From: Acidimicrobiia bacterium
GTDB lineage: Bacteria; Acidobacteriota; Vicinamibacteria; Vicinamibacterales; UBA2999
NCBI GenBank assembly: GCA_016871255.1
Contig: VFZH01000002.1
Span: 851 to 64,850 of the forward strand
Length of the DNA: 64,000 nucleotides
Direction of reading: 5' to 3'
Part shown: positions 46,770-54,500 of the stretch, piece after piece
How the letters are laid out: each line of letters starts with the position of its first letter
Position numbering within the stretch: the stretch's first letter is position 1
The notes under the pieces: model-generated
Seen by the model: only the letters and a program-made list of their open reading frames with translations
Databases searched by the model: none
What the model was told of the DNA's origin: nothing
Translations under genes and position numbers: made by a program

Positions 46770-46785
46770 GGCAACACTTTACCCG
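46770..46785 (-). promoter_or_regulatory. sigma-54-like -24/-12 element (cGGgtaaagtgTTGCc on the minus strand)
   Basis: GG (46784-83) and GC (46772-71) are separated by exactly 10 nt and the -12 reads TTGC. It lies about 50 nt upstream of ATG 46720. The -24 is weak (CGGG rather than TGGCAC). Confidence 0.3.
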
Positions 46786-46915
46786 AAAGTATGCGTCATG
46801 CGTCGGGTCGATCCGGCGCCGGCGCCTCACCTGACGGAAATTTCAGGCTGGCGCCCTCGCGTCCGCCGTGCGGGCAGGGCCGATGGCCCGTCGCCGCCGC
46901 GCGACAAGATGGTGC

Positions 46916-46944
46916 TTGACCCTCCCACGCCCGGGCCATACACT
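46916..46944 (+). promoter_or_regulatory. candidate sigma-70-type promoter (TTGACC - 17 nt - TACACT)
   Basis: Hexamers are seen in sequence. The -10 ends 12 nt before in-frame GTG 46957, the same geometry as at 5529/5543 and 51566/51580. Confidence 0.4.
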
Positions 46945-46956
46945 CGCACCGCACCC

Positions 46957-47868
46957 GTGAATCCACAGGAGGCCCCTCTGACCCCGACACAGAACGTTCG
47001 TGGCGTGCTCCCGCGTCGCGCGCCCCTGCTGGCCGCAGCGTGCGCGGGCGCCGTCCTGCTGAGCCAGGCGATCGGTGCGCAATCCACCTTCGTCTGGGAA
47101 CCGCTGATCGACCACGTCCAGCTCAACTCGGACGACGTGCGCAAGTCGACCGCTTTCTACCAGAACGTGCTCGGCCTGAACCTGCTGCGCGTCGGCCCGC
47201 CGAACGACCCGGCCTGCTGCCCGGACGAGTCGGCGTTCTTCGGCGTCGGCGATCGGCTGATCCTGGCGATCCGCAAGGTTCCCGGCCGCAGCATCGACCA
47301 CTACGCCCTGATGCTGCAGGGCTTCAACCAGGAGAGCTTCGCCGCGGAGATCAAGCGCCGTGGCGGCGTGGCACCGGTGCCGCACACCCAGGCTGGCTTC
47401 TACGTCGCCGATCCCGACGGCATGTTCATCCAGTTGATGGGCCAGCCCGGCCCCCCCGGAAAGACGACGGCCCCGGCACCGAAGGGCCAGGGGATGACGT
47501 TCGAATGGGCGCCGCTCATCGACCACATGCAGGTCAACAGCCGCGACGTGCGCAGGTCCACCGAGTACTACACGAAGGTCCTCGGGCTCGATCTCCTGCG
47601 GACGGGCCCGCCGAACAACCGGGACTGCTGCCCGGACGAGTCGGCGTTCTTCGGCGTCGGCAAGCGGCTGATTCTCGCGGTGCGCAAGCAGGAGCCTGCG
47701 CCCATGCTCGATCACTACGCGCTGCTGATGACCAACTTCAATCAGGAGGCGGTGACGAAGGAACTGACCGCGCGCGGCGCGCCGCCCAAGACGGACGCCT
47801 CGGGCTATCACGTGGTGGATCCGGACGGTGTCAAGATCCAGATCATGGGTCAGCCGGGCCCCCCGTAA
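46957..47868 (+). CDS. secreted two-domain VOC (glyoxalase/bleomycin-resistance/extradiol-dioxygenase) family protein
   Basis: Two internally duplicated halves of about 120 aa (..EPLIDHVQLNS..CCPDESAFFGVGDRLILA..DHYAL..DPDG..IQLMGQPGPP and the equivalent second copy). The start is uncertain: ATG 46909, GTG 46957 and GTG 47005 are all in frame. Confidence 0.65.
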   Translation: MNPQEAPLTPTQNVRGVLPRRAPLLAAACAGAVLLSQAIGAQSTFVWEPLIDHVQLNSDDVRKSTAFYQNVLGLNLLRVGPPNDPACCPDESAFFGVGDRLILAIRKVPGRSIDHYALMLQGFNQESFAAEIKRRGGVAPVPHTQAGFYVADPDGMFIQLMGQPGPPGKTTAPAPKGQGMTFEWAPLIDHMQVNSRDVRRSTEYYTKVLGLDLLRTGPPNNRDCCPDESAFFGVGKRLILAVRKQEPAPMLDHYALLMTNFNQEAVTKELTARGAPPKTDASGYHVVDPDGVKIQIMGQPGPP

Positions 47869-47907
47869 GGTGCAGCCGCCACAGCCAACCAGCCACTGAG
47901 CGAGGAG

Positions 47908-49029
47908 ATGCGGGGAATGACTCGACGAGTACTGGCAATTCTGGGCGCCGTCGCGATCGCCGTCGGCGCGCTCGCGGTGTCGGACATGCGCGGACAGCAG
48001 TTCGAGACCGTCGGCATGGACTTCCCGGCGGACTGGCCCGGCCGGATGAACATCGACAGCGCGACCTACAGCGACGAGGAGTTCCTGAAGCGCGGGTTCA
48101 AGAAGCCGCACGACGGCTACCAGACGGTCGCGGAGTACGAGAAGGTGTTCCGCCAGATCTCCAACTGGGGCCGCTGGGGCAAGAACGACCAGATGGGGAC
48201 CCTGAACCTCATCACCGACGAGAAGCGCCGCCAGGCCGCAGCCCTCGTCAAGTCGGGAATCGCCGTGTCGATGGCCCACACGGTCGTGCAGGAAGTCACC
48301 GCCGACATGCAGACGCCCTTCAAGCTCGAGGGCGGGGGCAGCCGCTTCACCTACGGGTTCCACAGCACGACGCAGAGCCACCTCGACGCGGTGTGCCAGT
48401 TCGACTACAAGGGGCGACTCTACAACGGCTTCCTCATCAAGGACACCAAGGGCCCGGACGGCTGCAAGGTGCAGGACGTGGACATGATGAAGGACGGCCT
48501 CATCACGCGTGGCGTGCTGATGGACATCCCCCGACTGAAGGGTCTTCCGTACCTGGAGCCGGGCACCCCGGTGTACGCGTCCGACTTCGAGGCCTGGGAG
48601 AAGAAGACGGGCGTCAAGGTCGGTCCGGGAGATGCGATCCTGCTGCGGACGGGGCGCTGGGCCCGCCGCGCGGAGAAGGGGCCGTGGCAGCTCTACCCCG
48701 CCCCGCCTGGCGAAGGCGAGGCGGGCTATCACGCGACGACGCCCATCTGGTTCAAGCAGCGTGACGTCGCCATCGTCGCCGCGGACGTGTCCAACGACGT
48801 GACACCACACGCGGAGGTGAAGCCGGAAGTGCTCGCCTACACGCGCGGCATGCCGGTCCACTCGCTGGCCATCGTCGCACTGGGCGCGATCGTCGTGGAT
48901 GCCCTGGACTTCGAAGCGGTGGCCGACACGGCCGCCAGGCTGAATCGCTATGAGTTCTTGGTGGTGGGCGCGCCGCCCCGCGTGACGGGGGCCACCGGCT
49001 CGCTCATCAACATGGTCGCCGTGTTCTAG
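47908..49029 (+). CDS. secreted cyclase-family protein (kynurenine-formamidase-like fold)
   Basis: 373 aa with a signal peptide. The family hallmark is SNWGRWGKNDQMGTLNLIT. The metal motif is only partly kept (HSTTQSHLDAVCQF). Confidence 0.65.
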   Translation: MRGMTRRVLAILGAVAIAVGALAVSDMRGQQFETVGMDFPADWPGRMNIDSATYSDEEFLKRGFKKPHDGYQTVAEYEKVFRQISNWGRWGKNDQMGTLNLITDEKRRQAAALVKSGIAVSMAHTVVQEVTADMQTPFKLEGGGSRFTYGFHSTTQSHLDAVCQFDYKGRLYNGFLIKDTKGPDGCKVQDVDMMKDGLITRGVLMDIPRLKGLPYLEPGTPVYASDFEAWEKKTGVKVGPGDAILLRTGRWARRAEKGPWQLYPAPPGEGEAGYHATTPIWFKQRDVAIVAADVSNDVTPHAEVKPEVLAYTRGMPVHSLAIVALGAIVVDALDFEAVADTAARLNRYEFLVVGAPPRVTGATGSLINMVAVF

Positions 49030-49058
49030 CCGCTCGCACAACGAGGAGACGTCCGCTC

Positions 49059-50213
49059 ATGACACGCACCATCCGCTCGTCGTTCGGCGCCCTGGCGATC
49101 GTGGCCGGCGCCCTGCTGTCCACGTACTGCGCCGGTGCGGCGCCGCCCCCTGCCGAAGGCGAGTCGGCCGCCGCCGAGGGTGTCCTCCCGGTGCTGTCCG
49201 AGAAGGGCGGCAGCGAGGAGACCGGCCCGTACGACGTCGTGGAGAACTGGCCGCAGCCGCTCGATCCCGAGTGGACCTGGGGCCGGACGGGCGGCGTCTG
49301 GGCGGAGTCGCCCGACCGCGTCTACATCATCCAGACGGGTGAAATCCCGGTCGCCACGCGCAATGCGGGCGGCAATCCGCCACGGATGCACGCCGTCGAT
49401 CACCCGGACACGCGGCACACCAAGCAGTTCATGGTCGTGGACCGCGAGGGCAAGCTGATCGAGTCGTGGGAGGAACAGGTCAAGGATCTCTTCGTCCACC
49501 CGCACAGCGTCAAGCAGAGCCCCTACGACGCCGACAAGCACGTGTGGATCACCGACGGCCGCAGCGAGTCCGGCGAAACGGCACACCAGGTCTGGAAGTT
49601 CTCGCACGACGGCAAGCTGGTCATGACGCTCGGCGAACACAAGGTCCAGGGCGCCGACGAGGGCCACTTCGGTGGGCCGTCCGACCTGGCCTTCCTGCCC
49701 AACGGCGACTTCCTCGTGGCCGATGGCTACCGCAACGGACGCATCGTCCGCTTCAGTGCGGACGGAAAGTACATCTCCGAGATCGGCACGAAGGGCAAGG
49801 AGCCCGGCCAGCTCTTCCAGATCCACGGCGTGGCGGTGGACGAAGACGGCCGGATCTACGCCGCCGACCGCGGCAACAGCCGCGTGCAGGTCTTCTCCGA
49901 GAGCGGTGAGCTGCTCGACCTCTGGCCGAACGTCCCGTTCCCGATGGATATCGCCGTCACCGCCGACGGCCACGTGTGGGTCGTGGACGGCCAGGTGAAC
50001 AAGTTCCTCAAGTTCAACAAGCAGGGAGAGCTGCTCTACGCCTGGGGTACGTTCGGTACCTCGCCCGGCCGCGTGTGGGGCACGCACCGCATCAGCGTGG
50101 ACAGCGAAGGCAACTTCTACACCGCCGACGTCTGGGGTGGCCGCGCACAGAAGTTCGTACCGAGGGCCGACGCCAACCCGGACCTCCTGGTCGGCCGGTT
50201 CCTGGGCTTCTGA
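49059..50213 (+). CDS. NHL-repeat beta-propeller, peptidyl-alpha-hydroxyglycine alpha-amidating lyase (PAL)-like, copy 1
   Basis: 384 aa with a GAGGAG RBS. Motifs are FVHPHSV, HVWITD, FGGPSDLAFLPNGDFLVADGYRNGRIVRFSADGKY (compare the eukaryotic PAL motif DGYCNSRIVQFS) and IYAADRGNSRVQVF. Confidence 0.8.
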   Translation: MTRTIRSSFGALAIVAGALLSTYCAGAAPPPAEGESAAAEGVLPVLSEKGGSEETGPYDVVENWPQPLDPEWTWGRTGGVWAESPDRVYIIQTGEIPVATRNAGGNPPRMHAVDHPDTRHTKQFMVVDREGKLIESWEEQVKDLFVHPHSVKQSPYDADKHVWITDGRSESGETAHQVWKFSHDGKLVMTLGEHKVQGADEGHFGGPSDLAFLPNGDFLVADGYRNGRIVRFSADGKYISEIGTKGKEPGQLFQIHGVAVDEDGRIYAADRGNSRVQVFSESGELLDLWPNVPFPMDIAVTADGHVWVVDGQVNKFLKFNKQGELLYAWGTFGTSPGRVWGTHRISVDSEGNFYTADVWGGRAQKFVPRADANPDLLVGRFLGF

Positions 50214-50283
50214 GACGCTGACGCGCGGCGCTGCCGGGTGGCAGCGCCGCCTCGTTCAGGTGTTGGGCAAGGAGATGTCGTCC

Positions 50284-51438
50284 ATGGCAGGAAACACGTT
50301 CAGGTCGTTCGGCGCGGCAGCGGCCATCGCCAGCGCCCTCCTTTTCACACATTGCACCGGCGCGGCACAACCGCCGGCCGACGGCGAAGGCGCCGCTGCC
50401 GGTGCCGCGACCGTCCTGTCCGGGAAGGGCGGCAGCGAGGAAGCCGGTCCGTACGACGTCGTCGAGAACTGGCCGCAGCCGCCCGACCCCGAGTGGACCT
50501 GGGGACGGACCGGCGGCGTCTGGGCGGAGTCGGTCGACCGCGTCTACATTGTGCAGACGGGCGAGATCCCGGTCGCCACACGCAACGCCGGGGGCAACCC
50601 GCCGCAGATGCACGCCGTCGACCACCCCGACACGCGGCACACCAAGCAGTTCATCGTCGTGGACCGCGAAGGCCGCATCATCGAGTCCTGGGAGGAACAG
50701 GCCAAGGGCCGCTTCGTCCATCCCCACAGCGTGAAGCAGAGCCCGTACGACCCGGACAGGCACGTGTGGGTCACGGACGGCCGCAGCGTCTCCGGCGATA
50801 CGGCGCACCAGGTCTGGAAGTTCAACCACAGCGGCGAGATCGTCATGACACTCGGCGAATACATGGTCCAGGGCGACGACGAGACGCACTTCGGCGGTCC
50901 CACGGACCTCGCCTTCCTCCCCAACGGCGACTTCTACGTCGCCGACGGCTACCGAAACGGCCGGATCGTGCGGTTCAACAGCGAGGGCAAGTACGTCTCG
51001 GCGTTCGGCACGCGCGGCAAGGAGCCGGGCCAGCTCAACACCGTGCACGGCGTCGCCGTGGACGAGGACGGGCGCGTCTACGCCGCCGATCGGAGCAACA
51101 GCCGCGTGCAGGTGTTCTCCGAAACCGGTGAGGTGCTCGACATCTGGCCGAACATCCCGATGCCGATGGACATCGCGGTCACCGAAGACGGCTACGTCTG
51201 GATCGCCGACGGCCAGGTCAACAAGATCCTCAAGTACAACAAGCAGGGACAGCTCCTGTACGCCTGGGGCACGTTCGGCACGTCCCCCGGCCGTATCTGG
51301 GGCACGCACCGGATCAGCGTCGACAACGAGGGCAACTTCTACACGGCCGACGTCTGGGGCGGGCGCGCGCAGAAGTTCGTCCCTCGCGCGGACGCGGTGC
51401 CCGAGCTGCTGGTCGGCAAGTTCCTCGACTTCGACTAG
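50284..51438 (+). CDS. NHL-repeat beta-propeller, PAL-like, copy 2 (tandem paralog)
   Basis: ATG 50284 lies 9 nt after AAGGAG, inside ORF 50137..51438. It is also 384 aa. By eye, roughly four in five residues are identical to copy 1. Confidence 0.8.
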   Translation: MAGNTFRSFGAAAAIASALLFTHCTGAAQPPADGEGAAAGAATVLSGKGGSEEAGPYDVVENWPQPPDPEWTWGRTGGVWAESVDRVYIVQTGEIPVATRNAGGNPPQMHAVDHPDTRHTKQFIVVDREGRIIESWEEQAKGRFVHPHSVKQSPYDPDRHVWVTDGRSVSGDTAHQVWKFNHSGEIVMTLGEYMVQGDDETHFGGPTDLAFLPNGDFYVADGYRNGRIVRFNSEGKYVSAFGTRGKEPGQLNTVHGVAVDEDGRVYAADRSNSRVQVFSETGEVLDIWPNIPMPMDIAVTEDGYVWIADGQVNKILKYNKQGQLLYAWGTFGTSPGRIWGTHRISVDNEGNFYTADVWGGRAQKFVPRADAVPELLVGKFLDFD

Positions 51439-51448
51439 TTGCCTCGCA

Positions 51449-51492
51449 CCGGCGGCACGTGCGCACCCCACTGGCGGCGCACGTGCCGCCGG
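51449..51492 (+). terminator. perfect 16-bp inverted repeat hairpin (terminator or protein-binding palindrome)
   Basis: CCGGCGGCACGTGCGC (51449-51464) and GCGCACGTGCCGCCGG (51477-51492) flank a 12-nt loop. There is no T-tract. Each arm contains CACGTG. Confidence 0.45.
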
Positions 51493-51557
51493 CTCACGTC
51501 AGCACCGCCGGACGCCCGGCTGCCCCCCAGCCACCGCGTGCGGGCCGCCGTTGCGGC

Positions 51558-51566
51558 TGGTACAAT
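51558..51566 (+). promoter_or_regulatory. candidate extended -10 promoter (TGgTACAAT)
   Basis: TG-n-TACAAT ends 13 nt before ATG 51580, with no Shine-Dalgarno in between. No clear -35 was found. Confidence 0.3.
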
Positions 51567-51579
51567 CCGAGCGACCATC

Positions 51580-53055
51580 ATGTCCAGACCACACTGCACG
51601 TCCCCGACGGCTCTCGCAGCCCTCTTCACCCTCGCCATCGGCCTGCCCGCCGCCCCGGCGACGGCCGCCGATCTCCGCGTCGTGCAGGCCGCCCGGGAGG
51701 GCGACCTGGCGGCCGTGCGCGCCCTGGTCAAGTCCGGCGCCCCGGTCAACGAGCGTCAGGGTGACGGCGCCACCGCGCTCCACTGGGCCGCACACTGGGA
51801 CGACGGGGAGATGGTCGAGACGCTCCTCGACGCCGGCGCCAACGTGAACGCCGTGAACGACCTGGGTGTGAGCCCGCTCTGGCTCGCCTGCGAGAACGGC
51901 AGCCCGCGCACGGCCACCCGGCTGCTGGCTGCCGGCGCCAACGCCAACGTCACGCTCCCCTCCGGTGAGACGGCCCTGATGACCGCCTCCCGAACGGGAA
52001 ACCCGGACGTCGTCCGGGCGCTGCTGGCCGCCGGTGCGGCCGTCAACGCGCGCGAACACTCCTATCACCAGACCGCCCTCATGTGGGCGATCTCGCAGCG
52101 CCACCCCGAAGTCGTTGGCATGCTGGTCGAGGCAGGGGCCGACGTCCACGCCCGTTCGATCGTGCGGCACCGCCGGGTGAACACGGAGAAGGGGGGATTC
52201 GGCCGGGAGATCCTGACCGAGGTTGATCTCGGAGGGTTCACACCGATCCTGTACGCCGCGCGGCACGGCGTGGTGGAGAGCGCAAGGCTGCTGGTCGAAG
52301 CGGGCGCCAACGTGAACGACCTCGGCGCCGAGGGCACGAGCGCACTGCTCGTGGCGACACACAGCAACCACCCGGAGATGGCCCTGTTCCTCCTGGACCA
52401 GGGCGCCGATCCGAACCTCGGCACGGCCGGCTACACCGCGCTGCACACGGCCATCCTGCACGGGCAGACCGGCGTCGTGAAGGCGCTCGTGGCGCGCGGC
52501 GCCGACATCAACGCCATCGTGGAACAGGGCACGCCGACCAGGCGATCGAGCGCGGACCACGCCATCACGGGCTACGAGGTGGGCGCCACCCCGATCTGGC
52601 TGGCCGCGCGCTACCGGTACCCGGACATCATGCGGGTCCTTGCCGCCGCCGGGGCGCTGCCCGGACGCTCAGAACTGGCCGACGGCGCATCGCTGCTCCA
52701 CGCGGCCGTTCAGGGATCGATCCCGACGATTCAGCCGTTCGAGGAGGACCCGTCAGTCGGCCGCGCGGCGATGCTCGAGGCCGTGACGGTGGCCCTCGAT
52801 GCCGGCGCCGCCGTGGACGCCGTGGACAAGGACGGGAACACGGCGCTGCACCTGGCCGCAAGCCGCGGGCAGGACCAGGTCGTTCGCCTGCTCGTCGAGC
52901 GCGGTGCGGCCATCGACGCGAAGAACGGCAAGGGGCAGACGCCGCTGGCGATGGCGCTGAGCGCCCGTGGCGGGAACAAGACCACGGCGGAGGTGCTGCG
53001 CGAGCTCGGCGCCGCGCCGGTGGACACGGCGAAGCCGGAGCAGGCGCAGCCGTAG
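51580..53055 (+). CDS. secreted ankyrin-repeat protein (Ank1)
   Basis: Internal ATG of ORF 51439..53055. The signal peptide is MSRPHCTSPTALAALFTLAIGLPAAPATA. At least 8 ankyrin repeats follow (GATALHWAAHWDDGEMVETLLDAGANVNA ...). Confidence 0.85.
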   Translation: MSRPHCTSPTALAALFTLAIGLPAAPATAADLRVVQAAREGDLAAVRALVKSGAPVNERQGDGATALHWAAHWDDGEMVETLLDAGANVNAVNDLGVSPLWLACENGSPRTATRLLAAGANANVTLPSGETALMTASRTGNPDVVRALLAAGAAVNAREHSYHQTALMWAISQRHPEVVGMLVEAGADVHARSIVRHRRVNTEKGGFGREILTEVDLGGFTPILYAARHGVVESARLLVEAGANVNDLGAEGTSALLVATHSNHPEMALFLLDQGADPNLGTAGYTALHTAILHGQTGVVKALVARGADINAIVEQGTPTRRSSADHAITGYEVGATPIWLAARYRYPDIMRVLAAAGALPGRSELADGASLLHAAVQGSIPTIQPFEEDPSVGRAAMLEAVTVALDAGAAVDAVDKDGNTALHLAASRGQDQVVRLLVERGAAIDAKNGKGQTPLAMALSARGGNKTTAEVLRELGAAPVDTAKPEQAQP

Positions 53056-53089
53056 GCGTCAGCCCCCGCAGCGCACACCAGTACGCAGC

Positions 53090-53139
53090 AAGGGCCGGCT
53101 TCCGCCTCGGCCACAGTGGCTTCGGCGGGACCGGCCCTT
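53090..53139. repeat. REP-like intergenic hairpin element, copy C
   Basis: AAGGGCCGGCTTCCGCC (53090-53106) pairs imperfectly with GGCGGGACCGGCCCTT (53124-53139). It shares GCTTCCGCC and GCTTCGGCGGGACC with copies A and B and lies between convergent genes. Confidence 0.5.
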
Positions 53140-53165
53140 GGTGTATCCCGCGAACTCCGGCGGAT

Positions 53166-54500
53166 CTAGACGTCCGGCAGCGTGTCGACCTGGAGCGGGC
53201 CCGTGCTGTTGCCCAGCTTCTCGACCGGCACCCCGACCTTGTCGAGCACCGACACCATGAGGTTCGCCAGCGGCGGTTCGTTGTCGAACTTCAGGTGGCG
53301 GTTTCCACGCAGATGGCCGGACGCGCCACCGAGCACCAGCACCGGGATGTTGTCCGGGCTGTGGGCGTTGCCGTCCGACATGCCGCACCCGTAGATCAGC
53401 GCCAGGCTGTCGAGCAGCGACTGGTCGCCGTCCCTGGTCGCACGCAGCTTCTCGAGATACTCCGCGAAGAGCGACATGTGGTACGTGTTGATCTTCGCGT
53501 TCAGCGCGACCTTCTGCGGGTCGTATTCGTGGTGCGACAGCGGATGATGCGCATCGCTCACGCCGATCTCCGGGTAGGTGCGCGAGCTCACCTCGCGGCC
53601 GACCATGAACGTGATCACGCGGGTCAGGTCGGTGCGGTAGGCCAGCAACTGCAGGTCGAACATGAGCCGGACGTGCTCGTCGAACGCCTGCGGGGCGCCT
53701 TCCGGACGCTCCATCACCGGCAGTTCGACGACGGACTGCTGTTCCGCCATCGAGATTCGCCGTTCGATGTCGCGGATGCCCTCGAGGTACTCGTCGAGCT
53801 TGATCCGGTCAGACGCGCCGAGGTCGCGGTTCAGGCCGGCGATCTTCTCGTTCACCGAATCGAGGACCGAGCGGCTGCGCTCGCGCTGGGCAGCCCGCAC
53901 GGCCGGGTCGGTGCTGCCCGTGTCCCCGAACATCCGCTCGAACACCGCCCGCGGGTTGTTCTCCATCGGGAGCGGTGTGGTCTGGTTCAGCCAGGAGATC
54001 GTGTTGGTGTAGACACAACTGTGGCCGCCGCTGCACTGCCCGGCGTTGGCGCGCGCCTCGATCGCCAGCTCGAGCGACGCCAGCTCGGTCTCCTTCGAGA
54101 ACTCCCGGGCCGCCACCTGATCCATGGAGATGTCGCACACCGGCTGCGTCTCGCCCGCCACGCCCTTCCAGCCGGTCAGGAACGTGGTGGACGCGCCCGC
54201 GTGCGCCGGAGTCCAGAGCGCCTTGGTGCCGGTCACGACCAGCATCTGGTCGCGATAGGGGGCCAGCGGCTCCAGGATCGGCGTCAGCTCGAAGTTGCGG
54301 CCGACGGTGGCCGGAGTCCAGTACTCCATGGCGATCCCGTTGGGGACGTACACGACGCCCAGCCTGCGCACGGGACCGGCCGCCGTGCGTGCGGTCGCCG
54401 TGAGCGCCGGCACCATGGCGTCGAGCAGCGGCAGGGCGAGCGTGGTGCCGATGCCCCTCAGGACCGTCCGCCGCGACAATGACCGCTTACTGATGATCAT
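53166..54500 (-). CDS. DUF1552-family protein with a twin-arginine-like signal (copy a)
   Basis: 444 aa. Features are MIISKRSLSRRTVLRGIGTTLALPLLDAM and the His-rich motif SDAHHPLSHHEYDP. It is collinear with 61123..62556. Confidence 0.85.
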   Translation of the reverse strand: MIISKRSLSRRTVLRGIGTTLALPLLDAMVPALTATARTAAGPVRRLGVVYVPNGIAMEYWTPATVGRNFELTPILEPLAPYRDQMLVVTGTKALWTPAHAGASTTFLTGWKGVAGETQPVCDISMDQVAAREFSKETELASLELAIEARANAGQCSGGHSCVYTNTISWLNQTTPLPMENNPRAVFERMFGDTGSTDPAVRAAQRERSRSVLDSVNEKIAGLNRDLGASDRIKLDEYLEGIRDIERRISMAEQQSVVELPVMERPEGAPQAFDEHVRLMFDLQLLAYRTDLTRVITFMVGREVSSRTYPEIGVSDAHHPLSHHEYDPQKVALNAKINTYHMSLFAEYLEKLRATRDGDQSLLDSLALIYGCGMSDGNAHSPDNIPVLVLGGASGHLRGNRHLKFDNEPPLANLMVSVLDKVGVPVEKLGNSTGPLQVDTLPDV

